From Eledone cirrhosa (taxonomy: Eukaryota), in NCBI GenBank assembly GCA_964016885.1, contig OZ024743.1, positions 238,824,001 to 238,888,000 of the forward strand: a DNA stretch of 64,000 bases. Direction: 5' to 3'. This document shows positions 40,651-52,113 of this stretch, one piece after another. The notes below the pieces were generated by a model. The model was not told the origin of the DNA, searched no databases, and saw only the letters and a program-made list of their open reading frames with translations. Made by a program: the position numbers and the translations under genes. The first letter of the stretch is position 1; each line of letters begins with the position of its first letter.

Positions 40651-43600
40651 AGATTTAAAATTAACAAATATTTCTAACACAAACAACACCAACAATAACA
40701 CCAACAACATCACCAACAACAACAACAAAAATAACAGCGGTAAAGTCGAGAACGACAATAACAAAAATAACAGCGGTAAGGTCGAGAACGACAATAACAA
40801 AAATAACAGCGGTAAGGTCGAGAACGACAATAACAATGACAATAACAACAGCCACAACAACAATAATAGTAGGAACACTATCAACAAAAACAACAATAAT
40901 AACAACAGCCACAATAACAGTAACAGCAGCAACAGTATCAACGAAAACAACACCAACAACTGTACCAGCGAAAAGAACAACAATGACACCGATACCTGTA
41001 ATAGCGACCTCAGCACCACCAGTAAGACCAGTAGCGGCAGCAATAGTGGTGCTGCTGAAAAAGGGACCGCTTCTTTTGCAGGTGTCGCCCGAAATATCGA
41101 GACAGTGTTAGTCACAGAGGAGGAGATGGCGGTCGCAAGGGCCATGGTGACAAGAAGCGCAAATAGAGTTTCCCTGAAACCTCCGTCCGATTTTTTCAAG
41201 GACCAGCAGCTACGAACGGTGACTTACCGCACTGTAAGCAAAATCTCACATCGAGTGGAGAGAGCCACGGAGGCTCAAATCCAAAAGGCCTTGGGGTGCG
41301 TCTGGGCACGCAAAACCCACATCACCCGAGGCAGAAAGTACGCCACAGTTGACGTACTTTTCGCCACCCCCCGGGAAGCAAAGTCTCACTCTTTGGAAAC
41401 CCTAAAGAGTGAGGAGTTAGTCTTGGTGCCCTCCTACTGCGGGCAGAAAATTAAGAGGGTCAAAGTGACCCAGGTCCAACCCGACGTGCCCATACCTTGG
41501 CTGGCAGCGTCTGTCCTTGCTGGAATTGAGAAAAGGGCGACCATGCTGCAAGTAGAAAAAATAGGGAGAGAGAACTGGTCAGGTATAGGCATGCAAATGC
41601 TTATACAAACTGACCAGGAATGTATCGAGGCTATCCCCGATATCATAGACATCGAGGAAGGACTCCAACTCCCTATAAGCGTAGAAGGAAGACGGCCAAA
41701 ATGTTATCTCTGTGGGTCGAAAGGTCACCTCAGGGCCTTTTGCCCGCAGAAGACAGCGAAGAGGGCCCCTCTCCTTCCAATACCTGGTCCGCTGCTACCA
41801 AGAGCAGGACAGGCAACAAACCAAGAGTAGGAGCGCAACGTCCGTAGTACCCGTACCAAGGCCACGGATAACTAAAGCAGCAGCATCAGTAGCGGCAACA
41901 CCAATAGCTACATTTGAAATAGCTACACCAGCAACAACATCCCGAAGAGGGCTCCACTACCACCACCAACAGCCGTGGAGCACATACCCTCCCAGACGCC
42001 ACAGAATCCGACATGGAGTTTGAGGCGGGAGTGACGTGGCAAACAGTCTGCCACAAAAAACAAAAGACAAAAAAAACCTTAGATTCACCCTCCAAACGCG
42101 AAGGCATACAAAGAGGGGTAAAGGCAGCAAGGAAACTTGCAGCAACACCACCACAAACACCAACAACGCAAACACAACAAGACACACACACCAAACAGCA
42201 ACAAGAAGAAAACGGCAACAAAATCACCCCTCCCCCCCAAAAGTACACAGCCATAAACATAGCAAAAAAAGAACTCATAAAATATATAAAGCAACACACA
42301 GACATCACGGAAAAAAATTACTACACCCCACCAACACCAAGAACTCTCCCGACAAACATAAGCATCATCGAAATCTCATTAGAACAATACAAACCTTTAA
42401 AACAAAAATTCCCCAACGTAGTTGGAGACTTCAGAGGGACGGTTACCAAGAGGATATACACTGACATCCTCTTGGAAACACCCATGACCAGCGAAAGGGA
42501 CGGTTCTACTGTCCCTTCACCACACGAACAAGGTAAGTGACCCTTTCTCATCCAACATGGCTGTACTCAGAATAGGCAGTATAAATACACGTGGCCTCGG
42601 GTCATGTTGGAAGCAGGGTCACCTGCTCAATGACCTGCTCAATGACCTCAGGTCACTAAACATAGATGTGCTGGATATCAGTGAAACCAGAATCTCCGAG
42701 GCACGGGCCTTCGCACCGATCTTCGGCGGCTACGATGTATACGCATCTCCCAGCCGTTCAGGATCGGGGGGAGGGGTTGCCGTCCTTTTTCGGAGAGGCT
42801 TGGATCTCGCAATACGGGCCATCTTCCTGGACCCAGAAGGTAAGTCGGTGGTGCTGGACGTGACCGGCAGCGAACGCAATGCTTTCAGGCTAATAGCCGT
42901 CTACGCCCCAGCAGGGGCAGGACGGCCAGATTTCTTCAGACATCTAGAGACCTTTCTTGGAAAGTCCCGCTCTTTAGTGTTAGTGGGCGACTGGAACGGT
43001 ATCTTGGATGCACGCTGGGATCGTGTGGGGCTAGTGGATAGGGGAGGAGGGTGCAAGAGCCTCACCAACCTGCTCAGACGTTTTGAACTGTCTGACAGGT
43101 ATCGACTGGATCACCCGAATGTGCCAATGTGGACATGGACAAACCGCATCGTGTCATCCAGATCGTATCTAGATAGGGTATTCTGCAGGGACTAGATAAG
43201 GGTAGTATAAGTTGTCCAATTTAAAATAGTCGACTACACAGACCACAAATTTGTGATCTGTGAGATCGACATAGACAGACTTCATAGACAAGGGCCTGGT
43301 TACTGGAAGCTGAACGCGTCTTTCCCGGCGCGCAAGGCCTACAGGGACCGGATTAGCGTATTAGTTAAGCGGGAGTTGACGGGAGCGGTCGTCAACAACA
43401 GGTGGTCGTTCGCCCTGTAAAGGGCAATTAAAGTAGAGTCGATTAGGTTTAGCAAAGGAGTAGTGATAGAAGAAAATAGAGTAGAGGGAGAGCTAGTCAG
43501 AAAGCTAGAAGAGGCGTTTAGGACAGGACAGGCATCGCAACCGACGTGCTTGCGACGAGATTGGCACTCGACCAATTCTTCAACGCAAAACACGAAGGCT

Positions 43601-45338
43601 GCGTTGTCAGAGCTAGAGCGCGTGCTCTGAAACACGAGGGGACAAAAGCCGTCCAATGGGCCCGTGTGGCAGAGGCGCGACGTGGCAATAAAACCACAAT
43701 TCGGTCTTTGTCTGACCAAAACGGGTGCGTGATGCTCGACCCCGAACGGATGTGTGAAGCTTTTCAGCAGCACTTTGCTGAACTGTTCGGGAGCGGCGGC
43801 GGCCCGGATCGGGACATGGACTTAAGTGCATACCTCGACGGAATGCCTCGGCTCTCGACGACCGCAGCACAGTGTTGCGAAAAGCCAAAAACAGCCGGTG
43901 AAATACGGGAAGCGATGGCTAACTGCACAAGAGGTTAATCGCCAGGTTTAGATGGTCTGCCCTACGAGCTTTATGCATTTATGCCAGACTTGTTCGGTGA
44001 CCTCTTGGCAGACGTCTACTGCAACTGGCAGCAGAACGGGAGCATTCCCAGTTTTGTGAGCCGGGGAGCAGTGGCGCTGCTGAGAAAAGACCCGAAGAAG
44101 GGGGATGTTATTGACAATTTCAGGCCCATAACTCTGCTAAACGCAGAGTTCAAGATTTTGGCCAAGGTGTTAGCAACGAGGTTGGCGCTTGTCGTCAAGG
44201 GTCTGGTGGGAGAAGCGCAGACACGCGCCATCCCGGACAGATCCATACACGACAACCTCCACCTCATGCGATACATCATAGAGAGGGTGGTTAAGGAACC
44301 TGGAAAGAGTGGGGCCCTGATCAACTTGGATCAATCCAAAGCATTCGATAGGGTCGACCATCGGTACCTGGCGGCGGTCCTCGAGGCAGCCGGTTTCGGG
44401 CCCGTTTTAAGGCGTTGGATCACAGCAATGTACAGCGATATCTGCTCAGTTGTGAGGGTCAACGGTCACCTGTCGCAGCCGTTCAGCATCATGCGCTCAG
44501 TCCGCCAGGTTTGTCCCCTCTCGTCCCTCTTGTACGTATTGGCTCTTGAGCCGTTACTGCACGAACTGGGGGCGATGAGGGGCGTCCCACGCGAACTAGG
44601 ATGCGGGAAATCCGAGTCCGCTTACGCTGACGACGTCACCGTGGTGGTGTCGAGCACCAGACACGTCCAGATGCTCGACACCGCTCTCAAGGAATACGAA
44701 ACGGTGACAGGAGCAAAGATAAACCAGGAAAAGTCGGTGGGCTTGCAGCTAGGCCCCTGGAGAGGCAAGTCCATGCCGTCCGACAGCGTCGTAGGGCGTT
44801 GGACGGACGGACCGGTTAAATTGCTCGGGGTCTGGTTCGGACCGGACCTCCAGATGGAGAAAAACTTGAACGAGGTGACGAGCAGGGTGGCCTCCCTCAC
44901 CCAGAAATGGGCTGAGAGGAAGCTGTCCCTGAAAGGCCGGGCGGAAGTGGCGAATGCGTACATCGCATCCGTCATCTGCTACCGCCTCACCGTCGTCCCT
45001 TGCTCCAGCCAACTCTCACCAAAATCGAGCGCCTCCTCTTCCGCTTTTTGTGGAAGGGACGCGCTCCCATGGTCAGACGATCCATCTGCTGTCAACACCC
45101 GTTGCGTGGAGGACTGGGCATGCCATGGCTGATGATGCGCAAACATGCGCTGAGGCTGCGACATCTCTGGTGCTTCCTTGATGGTGAACGGGTGTGGTCG
45201 CCTTTCGCCAGGCACATTTTCCCACAGCTCGTCTCCTTGACGGAGCTGCAGTCCTGGGTGAGAAAAAGACCGAGGGATAGCGCTTGGAAGCTGGAATGTC
45301 TCCAGGCGCTCACTGCCCTCTCCCAGTTGGGCACCAGT
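40651..45338 (+). mobile_element. Tx1-clade LINE copy B, fused head-to-tail to copy A by deletion
   Basis: Asn-rich ORF1 with CYLCGSKGHLRAFC ending at 42540. ORF2 starts at 42557 (MAVLRIGSINTRGL...GDWN...AYADD) and contains stops and frameshifts. Confidence 0.9.
40718..40835 (+). repeat. In-frame 39-nt tandem repeat (x3) in ORF1 (NNNKNNSGKVEND)
   Basis: AACAAAAATAACAGCGGTAAG/AGTCGAGAACGACAAT occurs three times. Confidence 0.85.
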
Positions 45339-45377
45339 ATCGTCGGCCCATTTATTGTGAACAATAAATGAAACCAT

Positions 45378-45778
45378 TGGATTGGTAGTATCGGTAGAGA
45401 GTCGGACGCCATGCTTTGAAGCATTGAGTTACGTCCCTTTATGATTTGAGTTCAAATCTCGCCGAAGTTAAGTTTGCCTTTCATCCTTACGGGGTTGATA
45501 AAATAAAGTACCAGTAATGCACTGGGTAATTGCTGGCCTTGTGCCTAAAGCAGAAACAATTATTATTATGTGGATTGGTAGTATCAGTAGAGGGTCAGAC
45601 GCCGCTATGCTTTGCAGCACAGTTACGTCCCTTTACGAACTGAGTTCAAATCCGCCGAGGTTAACTTTGCCTTTCATCCTTACGGGGTCGATAAAATAAA
45701 GTTCCAGTAATATACTGGGTAATTGCTGGCCTTGTGCCAAAGTAGAAACAATTATTATTATTATTATTATTATTGTTA
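45378..45778 (+). mobile_element. Two tandem ATT-tailed SINEs
   Basis: 45378-45570 is nearly identical to 29569-29760. The second copy (45570-45778) sits in the first copy's ATT tail. Confidence 0.88.
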
Positions 45779-45785
45779 TTGTTAT

Positions 45786-46241
45786 TCCTTGAATCTCAGT
45801 CATTGATGTTGGTTAACTGGAAAGTCCGTTGGATTGAATATCAAGCCACTACCTGCAGCCTCAGATATTCAGGACGTATCGGAGGGTTCTTGCTGTTCCA
45901 AGCAAGCATGCCTTTTGAAGCGTTCCAAAAAGCGTGAAGGGGCCGATTTTCTTTAACCATCCCTGGAAACTTTTGGAGATAGTCCCCAGTGCGCCTATGA
46001 CAATCGGGATCACTTTGACTTCATGGCAGTTCCAAATCCTTTTCACCGCCCACTTTAGGTCCTGGTATCGGTTAATTTTCTCCCTCTCCTTCTCTTGCAC
46101 TCTCGTGTCGAACGGGCAGGCCACATCCACAATCAGACACGTTCTTTTTTCTTTGTCCACAACCACCAGGTCAGGTCTATTGTGTTCCAGTTTTTTGTCC
46201 GTCTGTATCCTAAAATCCCACAGCACCTTCACCTGATTGTT

Positions 46242-46243
<2 letters not shown>
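45786..46243 (-). mobile_element. Short 5'-truncated R4/Dong copy 3
   Basis: RLE C-terminus almost identical to copies 1 and 2. The 5' junction runs into (TTC)n(ATT)n. Confidence 0.92.
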
Positions 46244-46272
<29 letters not shown>

Positions 46273-46278
46273 TTATTA

Positions 46279-46520
46279 TTATTATTATTATTATTATTTG
46301 GATTAGCAGAATCGGTAGAGCCTCGGAGGACACCATGCTTCCGATATAGTTACGTCCCTTCACGTTCTGATTTCAAAACCCCGCCGAGGTTAGCTTTGCC
46401 TTTCAACCTGGCGGGGTCGATGAAATAAAGTACCAGTAATGCAATGAGGTCGATTTAATCGACTTTCCTCTCCCGTTCAAATTGCTGGCCTTGTGCCTAA
46501 TGTAGAAACAATTATTATTA
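46279..46520 (+). mobile_element. ATT-tailed SINE, longer subfamily
   Basis: Same head, body and tail, with an extra GGTCGATTTAATCGACTTTCCTCTCCC segment before the 3' hairpin. Confidence 0.82.
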
Positions 46521-46742
46521 GGACAATTATCATGAAGAAATTTAGTTGATCATATAGAAACTAATGTTTATTTATGCTAGTCACTTATTTTCTCGACCCA
46601 TATTTGTCGAATCACTACGTTTCGCGATATATCCTGTAACTTTAGATTGAGAAGAAAGAATAGAATGTAAAATAGGGAAATATAAAGAAAAAAAAAAAAC
46701 GGAAATGGGAATTGCAGGGACTCTAGTAACTTTTCTCTGTCA

Positions 46743-46829
<87 letters not shown>

Positions 46830-46832
<3 letters not shown>

Positions 46833-47854
46833 CTTTCTCTCCTTCTTCTGCTCCTTCCACCCCTCCCTCCACTTCACCACCTCTATCTCCACCACCCACG
46901 TCCACTTCTTGGACATCTCCGTCGCCTTCGACCCCTCCCACCACTCCCTCGTCACCTCCGCCTTCTTCAAACCCACCGACTCCCACTCTTACCTCGACTT
47001 CACCTCTTCCCGCCCCACCCACACAAAACTCTCCATTCCCTACTCCCAACTTCTCAGGATCCGCCGCCTCTGTAGCCGAGATGCTGACTTCGAGTCCCAA
47101 GCCCTTTCTCTAGTCAGCCATTTCATCCGCAGAGGTTACCCCCCCTCTCTCGTCCACACCGCTCTCACCCGCGCCCGTGCTATCCCCCGCTCTACCACCC
47201 TCACCCCACGCCACCGCACACCCACCCACCGTCTCCCCTTCCCCATCACCTACCACCCCTCCACCTTACCCCTCCACCGCACCATCCGCCGCCTCTTCCG
47301 ACACCTCCAGTCCGACCCCTCCACCTCCCACATCTTCCCAACCCCACCACTCCCCTCCTTCAAACGCGCACGCAATCTCCGCACCCTCCTCGTCCACAGC
47401 TCCCTACCCCCCAACCCACGCTCCGTTCCCCCCCCCCGGTTCCTTCCCCTGTTCTAGGCCCCGCTGCAACACCTGTCCCCACATCACCAACACCACCACC
47501 TTCCAGGGTCCCAACGGCCACCCTCTCTCGGTCCGGCATGCCTTCCGCTGCACCTCCTCCAACCTAGTCTACGGACTTCGTTGCACGGGGTGCAGCGCGA
47601 CTTATGTCGGACAGACGGGACGCCGCCTGGCGGACCGAGTCACGGAGCACCTCCGGGACATTCGTCTCGGGGGCAGTTCCCCCATCGCCCGCCACTTTGG
47701 TGGCCCTGGACACTCCGCACACCATCTCACAGTCTGTGGCCTACTCCAGTGCCACGGAACACCCGCCCATCGCCTCACGGTCGAACAACGTACTATCTTC
47801 CTCTTACAGACCCACACTCCCCTCGGCCTGAACTCCCCACCCTTATTCCTTTAG
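46830..47854 (+). pseudogene. Penelope-like RT thumb + GIY-YIG endonuclease (one frameshift in poly-C near 47435)
   Basis: ORFs 46705-47457 and 47177-47854 join at the C run. Confidence 0.88.
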
Positions 47855-48319
47855 CGTTCGACCGCCCCCCTCCCCCACTTATCCCCCACTAACACACCCC
47901 TCCTTTTCACCGCCCACCCCACACTAACAATACTAACACCTCCACTCCACCCCTCATCTAACCACCCTTCCCCAACTAACATACTAACATCCCTTCCCTC
48001 CCCTCTTCTCCTCCTCCCCCTCCTTATCACACGCACACACTTACACCACCCACCCCACACGCAACTAACATCACTAACACCCTCCAACCCCACGCACACG
48101 TACCCACACACCCTCGTACACCACCAACTCTACACACCCTACCCCCACTAACCCCACTCACACCTGCATTCCACCCCTCCCCACCTCCCGTCTACTAACA
48201 CCCACTAACACCTCCTCACCAAACTACACACACACCAGTACACCACACTCCCTCCATAGAACCACACACACCCTTCTCTCCCCATTCCACACTCACTCAT
48301 CCCACTAACACCCCTACTA

Positions 48320-48354
<35 letters not shown>

Positions 48355-49186
48355 CCTCACTCCTACTCTCACACCTACCCATCCTCGCCTCCCTACCATT
48401 CCGCTGACTGCTGCTATGCCCTTCCGACCACTGTCTCAGCACCAACTGACCACAGCACTTCCACTGCTGACCACTTCCTGTTGCGCGCGCACCCCACATC
48501 TCTCCTCTTCCGACCACCGCTTCTTGGATTACCCACACGCGTTTTGACTTCCAACCAAAATCTCCATACATCCGTGTAACTTACCACTTTCAACCATCCT
48601 CTAACACCATCACCTATATAACTCACCCACACACACATCCCAAAACAAATTTTTTTTATCCACACGCCACCCACACCCACAACACGCTTAAACCACACAC
48701 ACGTGCTTCCCACCACATATTTACACCCTCAGCCCCCTGATTCCTCTCCCCCCACCCCCTATCCACACACGCACAGACCCTCCGACACACAAAAACACCC
48801 CCCACACACACCTTCCTGAACATGCAACCCCGTTCTTCCCCCAACCCTCACTTTCACATACACACACACACACACACACGCACACCTAACCACACACACC
48901 ACCTTCAGCCCTCCCCGCTCGGACACCCCGTCTCCCTCTCCCCACTCCACCCGCCTCCACCTCTACTCACCCCACACCCTTCCACCACCTGTTTACCCCC
49001 CTTTTAATTTCAGTTTATTTTGATCATGCCTTTATTTTTAAATGTTCTCATTCCTTGTATTTTGATCATGCTTTATTTTTATTTATTATTTATTATATTT
49101 TTGTCTTTATTTGTTAATTTTTCATTCGCACCGTTTCCTTTCGCTATATGTCTCTCCACCACTCCCCTACACACCTTTTGAACTCT

Positions 49187-49220
49187 TACCTGAAGAAGGG
49201 CTTATGCCCGAAACGTCGTC
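49187..49220 (+). ncRNA. Minimal hammerhead ribozyme (palindromic stem III, dimer type)
   Basis: AC-CTGAAGA-AGGGC ttat GCCC-GAAAC-GTC-GT. Confidence 0.8.
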
Positions 49221-49351
49221 CTCCACCTACCCCCCACTCTCCTGAGCGTGAATCTAATAAACATTTGTCGTACTGCCTCTCTGTTCTGTCCCTGTTCAAT
49301 TTTTTATTATATATATATATATATATATCTTCACTCACGCATACACATACA

Positions 49352-49545
49352 TGAGGATTCCGCATAGTTTCCTTCTACCGAATTTTACTCACAATACGAG
49401 GCTTTAGTCTAAGACACTTGCCTAAGGTGCCACGCGATGCTATAAGTCTAAGACACTTGCCCAAGCTGCCACGCGAAGCTATAGTCGAAGACACCTGCCC
49501 AAAGTGGTACGCAGTAGGAGCGAACCCGAAAGCCTCGTTTCTGCA
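49352..49545 (-). mobile_element. CORE-like SINE with an internal ~38-bp triplication
   Basis: AAGACACTTGCC(T/C)AAGGTGCCACGC occurs three times, followed by a reverse B box (GGAGCGAACCC). Confidence 0.65.
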
Positions 49546-50092
49546 ATATCATCTCCTTCAAAGCTGCGCCTGGGGGTTGTGCAGACTTTAATGTGAAATG
49601 TTCAGTTTATGTTTGGTCGACACGTGATATTATATACATGCGAGTTTGTACATCGCTAGTCCAACAGTTTTATACCTGTCCGTCATAACAGCTTGGTCAG
49701 TCTCATAACTAAAGACCCAACCATCGAACAAAATGTCATACTCAATGTATGTTTATAGCAGCTGCCGGATTATAAAGCTTGTCACAAACTGACCGCTAGT
49801 TGCCTATAAAGAGATAATTATGTAGGCTGGTGGTGTTTGGTCGCTTAAGGCCGGTATTTTTGTTTTCTCTCGTTACTGTTAAGTCTAAACACATGATTCT
49901 CACTACTTAATTGTATTTTACTTTCATTTATGTTTTTATACGTTTCATAATTTTTTTTTATCGTTTTGTCTTTCATTTTTGTTTCCATATAATACTGGAT
50001 GGGGATATTGAAGCTCTAGATTTTTCGTATAAATATTTATAGAAAACATACGCATAGGAACACACACACACACATACATGCATGCACGCACG

Positions 50093-50167
<75 letters not shown>

Positions 50168-50320
50168 ACACGCACAGATACATGCATGCAGACACACGTA
50201 CACACACACACACACATACACATATTCGCAGTACGGGGCCTCGAAGAACACAGAGTAATAAATGCATGTTTGGGCGTATTCTAATTACTACAGACATACA
50301 CATACACACACACATACGCC

Positions 50321-50401
<81 letters not shown>

Positions 50402-50975
50402 TGGTTTATTCAGTAATTTCATTAACTTTGTAGGTAAATGTAAGTAAATTCCAAAGATTCTGTTTCCTGGAATGGACATATTCACACAACCATGTGTCTG
50501 CATATGACATGTTCACACATATACATAAATATTCACATATATGAACTAATGAAATATGTACATAGACGTGGAGATCGGACACTGTCGCTAAAGAAGCAAG
50601 GGCCTCACTTGAAAGTACAGCTCTCCTAAGATTTAGAATGATATGTTTATACATTAAAATTATTGCAAACCGAATACTCATCCATAAATTTTCTGAAGCC
50701 CTCCCTAGCACCAAAGCCAGGCAACGAACCTGGTATGCATCACTTTAAAGAAACGAATGAGGTTGTATTAAACTAGTTAAAAGATTAAGTAGACAATGTA
50801 AGTAAGATACAGCGGGATTTGATCTCAGAGCATCCAGGCCTGGACTGTAATATTATTGTAAAGCATGACGTTCGACATTGTAGCAATTCTAACAATATAT
50901 CAATTTGCGGTGGTGCGTTACTTTTATCCCCATCTGGAGGCAAGATTAACCTAGTATGTGTGTCTGTGTACGCGA

Positions 50976-51029
<54 letters not shown>

Positions 51030-51030
<1 letters not shown>

Positions 51031-51221
51031 ATTGTTTCTAATTTTGGCACAAGGCCAGCAATTATCCCAGTGTATTACTGGTACTTTATTTTATCGACCC
51101 TGTAAGGATGAAAGGCAAAGTTAACCTCGGCGGGATTTGAACTCAGACCATAAAGGGCCGTAACTCTTTGCTGCAAAGCATGGCGTCTGACCCTCTACCG
51201 ATACTGCCAATCCACCGCCCT
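51030..51221 (-). mobile_element. ATT-tailed tRNA-derived SINE, full length
   Basis: Reverse complement of 12247-12440. Confidence 0.88.
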
Positions 51222-51232
51222 ATATATATACA

Positions 51233-51758
51233 CTAGCTGAGGTACCCGGTAATACCCGGGGGCGGGGGTATTCCCAGTTCCCTTTAAAATGCCCAATGCC
51301 TCTCAGACCAAAAATAAAATCAAAATATTGGACAGAAATCAAAAGCGAAGACAAATTCATTTACGAAATAATAATACAAACAAATATTGTTGATTGCATT
51401 GGTCAGGCGAAAAAATGTTTGTCAGAGAAGTTAAGTGTTGCTATACGGAACAAAAATAGGACCCCATTAGGGTGTCGTAGTATTATTGAAATGTGCTGAA
51501 ATTTTGTGAATAGGCATCATATCTTGTCATTTCCCTATGTTTTAAATTTCATATAAATCGAAGGGAAAACACTTTCTGCGGGTCTTTGAGCCCCCGGGGA
51601 ACCCTTTGATTAAAATGAAATATACGTAAGAAATCAAATGGGCATGAGGCTCACATATGTGTCAAATTTTATCAAGACCGGTTTGGTAGTTTTTGAGTTT
51701 TAGGTTCACAAACAAACAAACACACAAACAAACAGAAATTGCCATTTATGTATATAGA
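51233..51758 (-). mobile_element. Non-autonomous Helitron
   Basis: Minus strand begins A|TCTATATAC with (GTTT)n near the 5' end. It ends with hairpin CCCGGgtattaCCGGG about 8 nt before CTAG|T. Confidence 0.8.
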
Positions 51759-51884
51759 TATATAATTGTTTCTACTTTAGGCACAAGGCCAGCAATTACA
51801 CAATGCATTACTGGTACTTTATAATATACATATATTTGCAAGCATATATGTATATGAGTATATTTGTGTATATTTATGTATATA

Positions 51885-51939
<55 letters not shown>

Positions 51940-51950
51940 GCATATATATA

Positions 51951-52020
<70 letters not shown>

Positions 52021-52052
52021 ATCAAAAGATGGTTAAAAGAGTTCCATGTATT

Positions 52053-52113
52053 TTATTATGCGCATTTCAAAAACAAATATCATCATGCAATAACATTTGT
52101 TTTCATCAGATAA
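52053..52113 (-). ncRNA. Type I hammerhead ribozyme
   Basis: Minus strand: TTAT-CTGATGA-AAACAAATGTTATT..GATGATATTTGTTTTT-GAAAT gcgc ATA-ATAA. Confidence 0.82.

Larger units (their letters stand above)
46830..49308 (+). mobile_element. 5'-truncated Penelope-like element (Neptune-like), C-rich, between (TA)n arrays
   Basis: VHFLDISV, FKPTDSHSYLDFTSSRP, SIPYSQLLRIRRLCS, FPCSRPRCNTC and LVYGLRCTGCSATYVGQTGRRLADRVTEHLRDI..GLN. Long 3' UTR with hammerhead and AATAAA. Confidence 0.88.

Noticed and set aside
40597-41199. Leu/Val-rich 'membrane protein' ORFs on the minus strand (also 60473-61146)
   Set aside because: They are antisense readings of (AAC)n-rich Tx1 ORF1.
49400-49515. CRISPR-like repeat-spacer pattern
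   Set aside because: Tandem triplication inside a SINE with no unique spacers, in a eukaryotic context without cas genes.
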